Assembly (NCBI RefSeq): GCF_009914755.1
Contig: NC_060930.1
Strand: one strand, 5' to 3'
DNA: 64,000 bases
Source of the DNA: the human T2T-CHM13v2.0 reference genome, Homo sapiens
Shown here: positions 28,960 through 42,285 of the stretch, piece after piece
Numbering within the stretch: position 1 is the stretch's first letter
Layout of the letters: each line of letters begins with the position of its first letter
Made by a program: the position numbers and the translations under genes
Notes under the pieces: model-generated
Databases searched by the model: none
Told to the model about the DNA's origin: nothing
What the model saw: the letters and a program-made list of their open reading frames with translations, nothing else

Positions 28960-29540
28960 TCCTGCTTCCATTCTTACTCTCATATTGTCTTTTCACTACG
29001 TAACAGCCAGAGTTCTCTTTGTTTATTGAATCACATCAGTCTTCTGGTCAGAACCCTCTAGTGGGTTTTCATCATATGTAGACTTAAATCCAAACTCATG
29101 TTGTGGCCTCTGAAGCCATATGTGCTCATCATTTCTATTTTATCTTCTGCTCCATTCCAGCTCACTCACTTGCTCTGGTCACATGGATCTTATTCTCTCT
29201 TTTAGCACACCACATTTATTCCTTCTCAGGATCCTCATTTCACTAGAATCCAACTTACTTTGTCTTACTTGAAATGCCATCTCCTCAAAAAGGCTTCCCT
29301 GGCCACCCAAATGGAAGTACTTCTCCCCTAATCACACTTGATTTCATTTCTCTTATTTCATTTCCAGTGTTTTGGCATCAGATGTTATCTTTTTAATGTC
29401 TGTATTCATTGTCCGTCTCCTCCTATTAAAAATAAGCTCTTCGAGGACAGGGTTTTTGACTTCTTTGTTCACTACTGGTTCCCCAGGGCTGTACACATAG
29501 TCAGTGTTAAATAGATACTTGTTGATTGAATGAATAAGAA
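28960..29540 (+). mobile_element. L2 3' portion
   Basis: Ends with aagctcttcgaggacagg...atacttgttgattgaatgaat. Confidence 0.6.
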
Positions 29541-29988
29541 GTAATCAAGGAATGTGCCAAAAGAAATAGAAATTGAGTTGGGTCTTGAATGATGACTTGG
29601 CTTTGGCTACATGGCATGTGCATGAGAAGGGTGCACCAGGCAGGGCTAGCAGAGTGAGAAAAATGAGAAGCTACAGAGCATGACTGCGTGGTCATCGGAT
29701 AGTGAATAATCCAGTGGACTGGAGCCGAGGACTCATTTTGGTGTAGTAATAATATACTGGACTTTCCCGGGCTCCCTGTCACAGTGCTTCTGTGGTGCTC
29801 AAGTTTTGCCCTTGTTGGAGCCCTCATTTTATCATTTATTTCATGTGTTTAACTTACATAGTAGTGAATATAGTAATTGTGGTGTCTTTTTCCTTAACTG
29901 AATTAAAGGGGACAATTAGGTCCTAGCTTATTTTCCAGAACACTTAATAAATAATTGTTCTGTTATGTATAATTGAAAAGTAGTTATT

Positions 29989-30344
<356 letters not shown>

Positions 30345-30879
30345 CTAAGGATGTTGAATATTGATTGTATGGATTAGAACAATGTTTAGAAAAAAATCAG
30401 ATATTAATATGAAGCAACAAAAATGGTCTCATGAAAATGAGCTGAAAGGCTTTCTAGTTAGTTCTACCAAGGGAGGATATAGGTCTGAATGAACTAGACT
30501 GGGGATGGAAAAATTCAGAAGTTGTTACTGTAAAAGAATGAAGAGAAACTAGATGGTCACTAGAGGGAACAGCAAAGTCAAGCAAAGTGAGACCTGCTCT
30601 TTCTTATAGATGAAGTGAACTTGCTAAGGCATATGTGAGGGAGTAAGAATTTAAGTCTTGGGAGAATATTTAAGGAAGTCATAGAGAATGCAATTGAAAC
30701 CATAAGTGAAAAATTAAAGTAAGAAATGATATTTCATTTTTAGCACTAAGGCACTAACTATACTTTGTTCCTTTTAACTTGGTTTCTTTAACATATTTAT
30801 TTGAATTTTCCTTATGAGAAGTTTCTCTTATTTTTGTGTTCTGCTTTGTATTTGAGTTATCTTAAAAGTTCATCTGCTA

Positions 30880-31580
30880 TTCAGCAATTGTACTTTTATC
30901 TCAGGGAAATGAAATCTTATGTTCACATAAAAACCTCTTCAAGAATGCTCATAATAGCTTCATTTGAAATAGCCCAAACTGGAAACAACCCAAGTGTTCT
31001 TCAATGAGTGAATAAATAAATTATGATACATTCATACCATGGAAAACTAGTTAGTAATAAAGAAATGAGCTTATATACAACTTAGATGAATCTTGAGGGA
31101 ATTCTGCTGAGTAAAAAATGACAATCTCAAAACAATACATATTATATGATTCTATTATACTCTTGAAATGACAAAATTATAGAGATGGAGAACCAGATCA
31201 GTGGTTGCCAAAGATTAGGGAGCTGAGGGAGGGGAGCAGGGTGCAAAAGTTAGATGGGGGTGGTTATAAAATCATGAGAGATCCTTGTGGTGACAGAACT
31301 GTTCTGCATCTTGACTGTGGTGGTGGATGTATGAACCTACATGTGACAAAATTGTATAAAATTTAATACGGAAGTAAGTGCATGAGTACAACTGAGGAAA
31401 CCTGAATAAGACTAGTGGATTGTATCAATGTCAGTATCCTGTTTGTGATAATCTACTGTAGTTGTACATGATTTTATCTTTGGGGGAATTTGGATATATG
31501 CTATCTCTTTGTATTATTTCTTGTAACTGTATGGGAGTCTATAGTTAACTTCAAAGAAAAAGTTTAATTAAATTAAAAAA
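30880..31580 (+). mobile_element. Ancient L1M (L1MC/MD-like) 3' fragment
   Basis: gaaatgaaatcttatgttcacataaaaacc...actggaaacaacccaagtg...gtggattgtatcaatgtcagtatcctg. Confidence 0.7.
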
Positions 31581-31839
31581 CAGGTAAAATAAATTTTAAT
31601 AGTATGTTATTTAATCCAAAGTATCTAAAATATTATATTAACTTGTAACCAATAAAAAATGTTAATAAGAAACATCTTATACAGATAAGCGTCATCTGTA
31701 ACCACAGTAATAAAGCAGCACTTTCTTATGGTGTTTGTTTTTTTATTCCAATTAAATTGAATTAGCAACCATAACAAATATTACAGGGTACCTGATAAGT
31801 CTTCCACTTAACTTAAAACTCTACTGTTTTTTCTTGTAG

Positions 31840-32025
31840 CTTTCTACCAAATCCTTCCCACTTTACATGCATCAGTTACATAAAGCCTTGCGGGAAAATC
31901 ACCATCTTTGTCATGGAGGCCGAATGCAGTATGTCCTATTTCTGAAGGGCATTGGTTTAACTTTGGAACAGACATTGCAGTTCTGGAAGCAAGAATTTAT
32001 CAAAGGAAAGATGGATCCAGACAAG
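31840..32025 (+). CDS. PRIM2: PRIM2-like coding exon (186 bp), start of the p58C Fe-S domain: [62 protein letters not shown]
   Basis: ttcttgtag acceptor with an upstream cttaac branch-like motif, AAG|gtaatt donor. Conserved PriL motif HHLxHGGRxQYxLFLKGIG. Overlaps ORF 31867-32172. Confidence 0.95.
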
Positions 32026-32416
32026 GTAATTTTGAAAAAAAAAATCAGAGTGGTACCTGATATTTTAATTTGGTCTGAAAATGAAACGGTCTATTTTTTT
32101 TTAAAATATGCTCCCTGCAATGTAGTTGAAAATTCTAAAAGGATAAATGTGTTGACAATTCAGTTTAGATAAAAAGAAACTTGCATATTAATCTAATACA
32201 AAAGATTGGGAAAGGAATGTTTTCCTTTGTAGGTATACTGCCAGTAGTAATTATAAGACTGAAATTGCTTTCAGAGTTATATATCTGTAGGAATATATGT
32301 GTGTCTATACATATGCACATAATGTTTTGAGCACTGGGAGATATCATGAACAAATAAAATGAAACAATTTAAAATATTTTCTATTATGTTATGCAGAATC
32401 TTTTAGAAACTTTTGG

Positions 32417-32718
32417 TTTTTTTTTTCGAGACAGGGTTGCCCAGGCTGGGCTGGAGTGCAATGGTGCAATCATGGCTCACTGCAGCCTCGACCTTTGGGC
32501 TCAAGTGATCCTCCCACTTCATCCTTCCCAGTAGCTAGGGCCACAGGTGGACACCATTATGCCTGGCTAATTTTTTTCTTTTTTTAATTTTTTGTAGAGA
32601 TGGAGTCTCACTATGTTGCCCAGGTTGGTCTCAAACTCTTGGGCTCAAGCCGTTCTCCTGCCTTGGCATGCTGAAGGGTTGTGATTACAGCTGTGAGCCT
32701 GAGTCATCATACCTAGCC
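32417..32718 (-). mobile_element. AluJ
   Basis: ggctcactgcagcctcgacc...ggctcaagtgatcctccc; about 390 bp downstream of the 186-bp exon. Confidence 0.9.
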
Positions 32719-33002
32719 TATAGAACATTTTTAGATGGACAATAATTACTATAAACCTGAACAATTTTTTAAAAACTCTATCTGCAGTGCTTATATTCCC
32801 AATCCTATGCCTTATTTCTCTTTAATAGTGCCAGCTAATAACATTTTACTTGGAAATATGATTTCTTGCCCCTTCTATGCCATGACACTGTGGTATGAAG
32901 AACATTTTTTACTGTTTATTTCTTGATTTGCTGCCTCCTAAAAGTAAATTATAGAAGAAAGAATATTTACCAGGTACATTTTATAGTACTTTATTATGTT
33001 TT

Positions 33003-33385
33003 ATGTTAGTTTGCAAGCATTGCCAAAATAAAATGCCACAGACTGGTTGGCTTAAAAAAGAGAAGTTTATTTCCTCACACTTCTGGAGGCTGGAAGTCCA
33101 AGATCCAAGTATTGGCAGATTTGGTTTCTCCTGAGGCCTGTCTCCTCGGCTTACAGGTGGCCTTCTTCTTGCTTTGTGCTCACATGGCCTTTTCTCTGTG
33201 CATGTGCATCCCTGGTGTTTCTTCCTTTTCTTATAAATACACTAGTCTTACAGGATTAGGGCCCCACACTCATCTGACCTCATTTAACCTTAATTATCTC
33301 TTTAGAGGTCCTATCTCCAATTACAGTTGGATTTGGAGTTAGGGGTTCAACAAATGACTTTTAGGAGATCACAATTCAGCTCGTA
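33003..33385 (-). mobile_element. MaLR LTR, MLT1A/B-like
   Basis: ttctggaggctggaagtccaagatc...acctcatttaaccttaattatctc. Confidence 0.78.
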
Positions 33386-33950
33386 TCTGTAGCTATATAC
33401 TTTATTAAAAAGCTTAGATTTTTAAAAATAACATTATAAAAAGCTGTTACAGTTTTTTCAGATTTGTTTTAAAAACTGTCTTCATCGACAATTATCCATA
33501 GAATCTTAATGAAGTCATTTAATAGGATTTTCTTTGAGCAGTTTTGGATAATGTTTTTTATATTTCTTTTAAAGGTAATTTATTCTAATTATAGAAAATA
33601 TGAAAAATACAGAAAAATTCACCTGTTACCCTCCAATTTGAAATAATTACTGTCAACATTGTAGCCTTTTACTCTAGTCTACAGAACTAAACACCGCTGA
33701 TTTTCACCATTCTAAAAATTGTCATTATATTATGATTATTTTTCCATATTTTTGACCAATCTTTGAAAATATCTTAATGAGTTACATAATATATCCTTTG
33801 AAAGTGATGTAATTTGTTTAATCATTCTCCTATTGTTGGACATTTGGTTGTGTCTAATTTGACTCTGTTATATATGTTACTAATTTAAATAACAGAGTCA
33901 AATAGCTAATATCCTGTGGACATAGATAATTGATTATAGTTTTGATTATA

Positions 33951-33953
<3 letters not shown>

Positions 33954-33988
<35 letters not shown>
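33954..33988. repeat. (TG)n microsatellite, ~17 units
   Basis: Uninterrupted tgtgtg run. Confidence 0.95.
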
Positions 33989-33991
<3 letters not shown>

Positions 33992-33997
33992 CATTCA

Positions 33998-34351
<354 letters not shown>

Positions 34352-34509
34352 TTAATGCATGCTGTGAAATGACTGTTCAGAAAGGTTTTAAATTAGACCC
34401 TCTTCAAGCGATGTGAGAATTTTGCTCTGCCATTGACATCATTATGTATTATTAATTTAAAACTGTTTTTGATCTTTTTATTAGGAATTCGATGTCTTAA
34501 GTAGGTAGA

Positions 34510-36275
34510 TGTATTAGGGTTCTCCACAGAAATGGAACTGTGTGTGTGTCTGTCTTTCTGTCACTTACACACACATGCACACGGACATACACACACTCTC
34601 TCACACACACACACAGAGCGAGAGAGAGAGAGAGAGTTGGAGGTTATGGAAGTTGACAAGTCTCAAGATCCGCAGTTGGCAAGTTGAAGACCCGGGAGAG
34701 CCAATGTTGTAGTTCTAGTCTGAATCCAAAAGCCTGAAAACCAGAAGAATGATAGTGTACAAGTTGATGCTTGAAATACACAGGTGTGAACTGCATGGGT
34801 CCACTTACATGTGGATTTTTTTCAATAAGTATATTGGAAAATTTTCTGGGGATATGCAACAATTTGAAAAAATTTGCAGATGAACCACATAGCCTAGAAA
34901 TATCAAAAAAAGGAAGAAAAAATTAAGTATATATGAATGTATAAAATATATACTAGTCTTATTTACTAACATGAGATATACAGAAATCTATTGCAAAAAG
35001 TTAAAATTTATCAAAACACATGCACACAAATGTACAGACCATACATGGTGCTATTCCCAGTAGAGAGAAATGTAAACAAATGTAAAGATGCAGTATTATA
35101 ACCTACATAAAATTAACTGTAGCACATTCTGTGCTACTATAGTAATTTAATAGCCCCACCCTGTTGCTATTGTGGTGAGCCTATAAGTGTTGCAAGTATC
35201 TGCTTAAAACGCTCTGTGATGCTAATCATCTCAGCGTAAGCAGTTTGCACAGTAAATTGTATATTACAGTAAAGTGATCTCTCACAGTTCTCGGGTATTT
35301 TTCATCGTGTTCAGTGCAATATCATAAACCTTGAATAACACCATCGGGCTCATAGGAAGTGTCACTAGCAATGCTGGAAATGCTTCCCCAAACCAGAGAA
35401 AAGTAATGATATTACAAGAAAAAGTTGAATTGCTTGATATGTAATATAGATTGAAGTCTCCAGCTAAGGTTGACTGCCATGTCAGACAGATGGTTCATCT
35501 TGTAAATAGATAATGTAAACTTACGGTATCGATCAATGTAGTACAGTACTGTAAATGTATTTTCTTATGACTTTCTTTCTCTTTTTGTATTTTTAGTTGA
35601 GACGGGGTTTCACCATTTTGGCTAGGCTGGTCTTGAACTCCTGACCTCAGGTGGGCTGCCTGCCTCAGCCTCCCAAAGTGCTGGGATTATAGGTGTGAGC
35701 CACTGTGCCTGGCCTATTATGACTTTGTTAATTTTTTTTTCTCCAATTTACTTTATTGTGAGGTTACAGTGAATATATATAATACAGTGAATATATGTAA
35801 TATTCAAAATATGTGTTAATCAGCTGTTTATGTTTTCGGTAAGGCTTATGGTCAACAGTAGGGTTTTAGTTGTTAAGTATTTGGGGAATAAAAAGTTATA
35901 CATGGATTTTTAACTGTATGGGGTGAGGGGTGGAGGTTGTTGCCTATAATCTCTGCATTGTTCAAGGGTCAGCTTTAGTTCCAGCTCAAATGCCAACAGC
36001 TTCGAGACCCAGGAAGAGTCAATGTTTCAGTTTAAAAAATGAGGTCCCAGTTTAAGGAAGTCAGACAGAAGGAAATTCCCTCTTACTCACAGGAGGTCAG
36101 GCTTTTTGTTCTGTTTAGGCTTTCAACTGACTGGTTGAGAATTATTCACATTAGGTAGGGCAATCTGCTTTACTTTAACTACCAATTCAAATGTTAATCA
36201 TATCCAGAAACACCCCCTCAGACACACCCACTGTAATGTTTGACCAAATGTCTGGGCATCTCATGGCCCAGTCAA
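34510..36275 (-). mobile_element. MLT2B-like ERVL LTR containing a (CA)n(GA)n tract and split by a Tigger2-family insertion
   Basis: tgtattagggttctcc... at the left; ...ccagaaacaccccctcagacacaccc...atggcccagtcaag at the right. Confidence 0.75.
34760..35975 (+). mobile_element. Tigger2-family non-autonomous element (Tigger2b-like) carrying an Alu half (35575-35715, minus)
   Basis: Degenerate TIRs (agttgatgcttgaa / ttcaagggtcagct) flanked by TA; gaactgcatgggtccacttacatgtggatttt. Confidence 0.75.
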
Positions 36276-36292
36276 GAGCTGGGTTGTTGTTG

Positions 36293-36600
36293 TTTTTTTT
36301 TTTTTTTTTTTTGAGACAGAGTCTCGCTCTGTCACCCAGGCTGGAGTGCAGTGGTGCAGTCTTAGCTCACTGCAACCTCTGCCTCCCAGGGTTCAAGCAA
36401 TTCTCCTGCCTCAGCCTCCCAAGTAGCTGGGATTACAGGCAAGCATCACCATGCTCAGCTAATTTTGTATTTCTAGTAGAGACGGGGTTTCGCCATGTTG
36501 CTCAGGCTAGTCTCGAACTCCTGACCTCAGGTGATCCACCCGCCTTGGCTTGCCAAAGTGCTGGGATTACAAGCGTGAGCTACTGCCACCATGCCCGGCT
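36293..36600 (-). mobile_element. AluS
   Basis: T tail plus reverse-complement Alu; source of ORF 36191-36625. Confidence 0.95.
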
Positions 36601-38048
36601 GGCGAGTTGTGTTGTTTTGAAGTGAAAAGAGAGAAGTTGAGCTAGCATTTTAGCTTGGTTTGTGCTGTGGGAAGAAAAAGGAAAGTAGAGAGGGAAAACC
36701 AGCTGCACCAGCCTATGTGGACACTTACCCTGAGTACTAAGTCTTTGGCTTGGACACTTGTTCATTGACCTGACTTCTTTTATGTACATCTGGAATAGCC
36801 TGTGGAGCAATATCATCAGTAGTCTTTTTTTTAACTTGTATGTTTAAATTTTTTTATTATGGAATTTTTATTTTGCAATGCAAACTTTTTTCAAAAATTC
36901 TTATAAAAGAAAATAAATAATTTTTTAGTTTTCTAGATAACATAGTCTATATTTTTATTAGCTTATTAATTACAGCAAATGTTATTTTGACTAAAGGATT
37001 ATAAGACACATTTCTGACTTTCTATGACTATTTAGTGTTCTGTTGTTACATAGTCCATATTGTAAATGTTCATGTTTTTCTCAACTATATCATTTAAATG
37101 TTTTTTCAATGACATGTAATAAACTAAGGCATACTAAATTACAATATTCTCTAATTGAACCATTGTATCTATTTGTTAAGTGATACATACAATTAAAAAT
37201 ATTCTTAAGAGGTATAAAAATTGTTGGCTTAAAATACTGCTTATAGGATATTTTTTAGGATGATTATAGAAGATGTTAAACATTTTTTATAGTGCTAATG
37301 AAAGGACTTGGGTGTTGAACCCAGCTCGAATGATTTGAAATAACAGCTTCTGTTTGGACAGCTTATGTCCTAACAGTGTAAGAAAAATGATGTGGTAACA
37401 GTCAATTTCAACTGGAATTTTTCTGTACTATTGTTTCCCAAATGATCATAATGTCTGATTTCTTTCTCTTAATATTTGTGTCCTCATGGTGACTTATTTG
37501 AGATACATTGCTATGTGAGTCTGAGCAAATATTTTGGGTACTTAGCCAGTACTTTTGAGTTAGCAGAGACTGGTATAATATCTCCAGCACTTTTGAGCTC
37601 TAACTCTGCAGCTACAACTACCTTTCCTAGATATACTGCCTGGAACCAAATATTTCTTTACCCTAACTTCTAGCGCAGCTCTGTTCTTGAATTGACTGCC
37701 TGATCGGTATCTGTCTCTTCCTCCCATCTTTACTTACTTGTGCTTGTTGCAGGCATTTTTTTTTTAACACTTTGCTTTTAAAACTAATGTTATACTTAAT
37801 GTTGGAGGGGAATGTGTTGTCTGTATTCTGAAATAATTTACACCTGTATTAGTGTTGTTTGTAACTGTCATCCAAAGTATAAATATTAAAGTATTGTGTC
37901 TCTAGATACCTTTTATTAAGGTTAAGCAGTTTTTGTGTTATAATGCACATAATTTCTGTTATAAACATTTTTGAGTAGTAATAATGGATTGTGGAAGCAG
38001 CTTAAAGTTCTGATGCTCACTGTTATTTTTTTATTAGGAATTTGATGT

Positions 38049-38498
38049 TGTAAGAGTTAAAGAAGGAGGAAAGAAACACGAAAAGCAGCTCAACAGTCAA
38101 AGACAGGTTTATTTTGGAGAATAAACCTGAGTGGGGCTTCTGGCCGAGTTTGGTCAGTAATGCTGTCTCTTACAGACTGAGAGTATTTATTGGTGAGAGA
38201 GCTTGGAATGTTTCTGTGTGGGGGAGAAGTTTATGGCAGGGTTGGAATGTCTCTGGTTGGAGAGGAGAGTATGTTGGGGCTGACATCTCTCCAGCTGGAG
38301 GGGAGGATATCTCGGGACTGGCATGTCTCTGGTCAGGGAGGGGTTTGGCGTGTTTCTGGTCACAGATGTTATTTGTGGTTTATGGTCATGCTGACTTTAG
38401 CCATTAAGCTGATGCCCTTTGGATTTAGGCAGTTTTTGATCAACGTAAATTTTAAAATGACAGTGCTCGTCCAAGATGGCAATGCTCCTGCTCTGTCA
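38049..38498 (-). mobile_element. ERV1 solo LTR, LTR19-like, with 5-bp TSD GATGT
   Basis: TG...CA termini; minus strand starts TGACAGAGCAGGAGCATTGCCATCTTGGAC; GATGT at 38044-38048 and 38499-38503. Confidence 0.8.
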
Positions 38499-39435
38499 GA
38501 TGTATTAAGTCAGTCCTATATATGTAAAAATCAGCCATCTGTCTATAAAATGCTTATTCAGAGTTACTAGTTTGGATTATTTTTCTTGCCTTTTGAAACT
38601 ATTTTCCGGCTAGCATATATATTCCAATAAATGATATTGGTTATTTGCTACCAGATTATGTTCTTTTAATTTTGGGTGCTTATGACTACCTTATATTTAT
38701 TGCTTATTTATTCATTTATTATCTGTATCCTACAATTAGAATGTAAACTATATAAAAGCAGGTATCTTGTCTTTCTTGTTGACTGCTGCATGTTCAGGCA
38801 CCTAGAACAGTGCCTGACTCGTAGCAGGCACTCAATAAATGTTTATTGAATAAACTAATACATGGAAATTTCCATATTATTTACATAGAAATAAATTTTC
38901 ATACATGTTCATAGATATTATTTATTTATATTTTGCTGAATACAAGGTAAATTCTACCAAATCTTTAAAGTTTGGCTTTCGATATGAGAAAAAATAATCT
39001 TTATCTGTTTTGGTTCTTTTTAGATAGAGCTGTTTCTAACAAGTTATAGAATTTAAGTCATTTTAGTTGCTTTTTTATTTCTAAGAGCAGTAGATCTCAG
39101 CATCAGCATCATTTGGGAATTTGTTAGAAATATAGATTCCCAGAATCAAATTTGTTGTCGTCCATGTATTTTTCTAAATCAAAATATGGATTGGTAGAAT
39201 ATACAAATATACAAATATTTAACATAGTATCATATTACGATTCTTATAAAAAGTACAGAGAAATATATTTGTGTGTATATGTATATACATAGATACATAC
39301 ATATGTACATATTCCATCTACTTGGCATAGATCATTCAGCCGATTTTTATTGCGTGTTTATCATGAACATGTACCATTCTGAACATACTGAAATAAAAGA
39401 AACAGCCCTTATTTATGAAGACTTTCCAAGACCTT

Positions 39436-39745
<310 letters not shown>

Positions 39746-41252
39746 CCTCCAAGACCTTATTTATGAGAGTCTTCCAAGAGATTTATTTGGAAAAACCAGA
39801 TAAATACAAATGTACAGACAGAGAAAGAAGGGAATTTCATGTTAAAGGGACAACATTTTAAAGGACCTTAAAGTGCAGTCCATCCTGTAGGTGGTAGGAA
39901 CCTGAACTGTACCAGTGTAATTGTGGCAAGAGGGGAGTCTGGAGACATAGATTTTTTAGCCTAATTACTAAAGATAGATTGAATTAGTAGGCCAGTAGGA
40001 ACTGGTCTTGTTGGGTAGGTAGGTGCCAACCAGGATCCTGTCAGCCAGGATAGGGTCAACTGGTAACTGGAATTTAGTCAAATATGTGTAGTTTCACAAC
40101 TTTGAATATTTACTAAAATAATATAATGAATGTTGGATGCTATGCAGGTTTACTGAAAAGCGGAAAATAGTATGAGTAAAGTTTCCACTTGGTTCAAATT
40201 AATTTCGCCTAACTTCGGATTTCTGATTATATAGGCCAACATTGATTTTTAAGAAACTATTTTGCTTTAGAGCAAATTTAAAAATTTTAATCTACTTGGT
40301 TATAGTTTAATTGAGAATGAAGGATTTGGAAAACAGTTCCAAAACACGTTGGTAAAAAGGAAAGTATTATTAAGGTGATGTGGAGTAAGAAAGTTATTAG
40401 AGTGGATCGTGTTAGAGACCAATCTTGAATTAAGAATTGGAGAAAGTGAATGACATGGATTAGTTGAGAAAGAACTGAGAGCAAGAATACACAGTGAACA
40501 AGGAATGAGGGGAAAGGACACAAAACATCGTTAACTCTTCCATTATTTTCTTTATTTTTATAATTATTTTAATAAAATAATTTTACAGTAATAATTCTTC
40601 CATTTATTACTCATTCACTTAGGCTTTTTATTACCTGTTTTTGGGATTGTTGTGGTTTTGACTGTTGTGATGTAAAATTCTCCATTTCCAGACTTTTTGT
40701 AATTTACCTTCTCAGTATATTTGAATACTGTTTTATTTAGATGCATATTATACTTGAGGATAGAGATTTTAGTATTAAAACATCAACCATTTCTAAGAGA
40801 ACATTCCATTGTTGTATGATCTTATAGCAAACCAATTGCTTTTCACAGTATACCTTACTCCAAAAAAACATTGGTTTCATAATGTAGGGTTTTTATTCTT
40901 AAATTGTTGAATATGAATATTGATATATGTAAAATGTTAAAATAAAGCTCTTTGAGTTAACCCTTGTCAGTGAAGGATGGAGAAATTTGAAAATTGCACT
41001 TAGGTTGCTGAATCAGATTTTTTGGATTTGTGAATGATTCACAAGAAGTATTTAAAGTTTTGAACGTCTTATTCCTTAAATAATTTCCTGTATTTCTGAA
41101 ATAAATGCACCTATGCTTTATACAGATAAAATTTAATTAGTCACAGTAAAGTTTTTCATGTTTTTCTTAGTTGTAATTATAATTTACAAGCCTGTCTACC
41201 TGAAAAAAGCATCACCCTGGGTGCAAGAGATATAAAATCAAACCTTTATTTA

Positions 41253-41498
41253 TTTATTTTTTATTTTATTTTAAAAATTTCAACTTTTATTTTAGATATG
41301 GGGGTACATGTGCAGGTTTGTTACCTGAGTATATTTTGTGCTGTGACGTCATCTCCCAGGTAGTGAGCATAGTACCCAATAGGTAGTTTTTCAGTCCATC
41401 CTCCCTTCTGCCTCTAATAGTCCTCCGTGTCTATTGGTCCTATCTCTATGTCTGTGGGTGCTCAATGTTTAGCTCCCACTTATACGTCAGAGCATGCA
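41253..41498 (-). mobile_element. Short old L1PA/L1PB 3' end with TSD caaacct(t/c)tattta
   Basis: gggggtacatgtgcaggtttgttac...cccaggtagtgagcatagtacccaatagg. Confidence 0.8.
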
Positions 41499-41968
41499 CA
41501 AACCTCTATTTAAAGTATGAATACCATGAAAATATTCTTTTACTTGGCACTTGGATATTAAATCACTTCGGCGACTAGCTTTGTTAAGTATTACATTGAA
41601 CTGGATAATTCTTCTAATAAATTCAAAGCATGTGTCCTGTCAGATATTGCTCATAGTGTTGTTATTCTGAATTGCTTTAAGCTGGTTTTATTGGATATTA
41701 GGTACAACATTGATAATGCACATTTTCTGTAGCTGTGGTTTCTGTCCTTGATGACAGCATGCTTAAGGTCTATTATATGTTGTTATAATTGGGTCAAGGA
41801 ACATTTAGCACTGTTTAAAAAGCTTATCTTTTCTTCCAGAATCTAGCTTGCGTCAAGACTTAGAACCAACTTGTGTTGTTAAAAATTGACTACTGAAGGA
41901 TTAAATATTTGGCTGGTGGGATGTAAGTATATGAAACATTTATTGTTAGGATTTTTTATTTCAGGGAC

Positions 41969-42112
41969 CAGTAGATCTCAGCATCAGCATCATTTGGGAA
42001 TTTGTTAGAAATGTGGAGTCTCAGAATCAAGTTCTGGGGTCAGGGCCCACAATCTGTGGTTTAACAAATCATCCAGATGAAATTGATGCACACTAAAGAT
42101 TCAGAACCACTG
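41969..42112. mobile_element. MER5A (internally deleted)
   Basis: cagtagatctca...gcatcagcatcatttgggaatttgttagaaatg...cagaaccactg. Confidence 0.78.
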
Positions 42113-42127
42113 TTTTAACTACTACCC

Positions 42128-42285
42128 TGTCATAGTCCATTTTCTAGTGCTTATCACAGAATATCTGAAAGTGGGTAATTTATAAAGAAGAGAAATTTAT
42201 TTCTTCTAGTTATGACTGAGAAGTCCCAGGTCATGGGGCTGCATCTGTTGAGAGCCTCCTTACTTGTGGGGACTCTCTGAGGAGT
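42128..42285 (-). mobile_element. MST-like MaLR LTR fragment
   Basis: tgtcatagtccatttt...gggtaatttataaagaagagaaatttattt. Confidence 0.65.
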
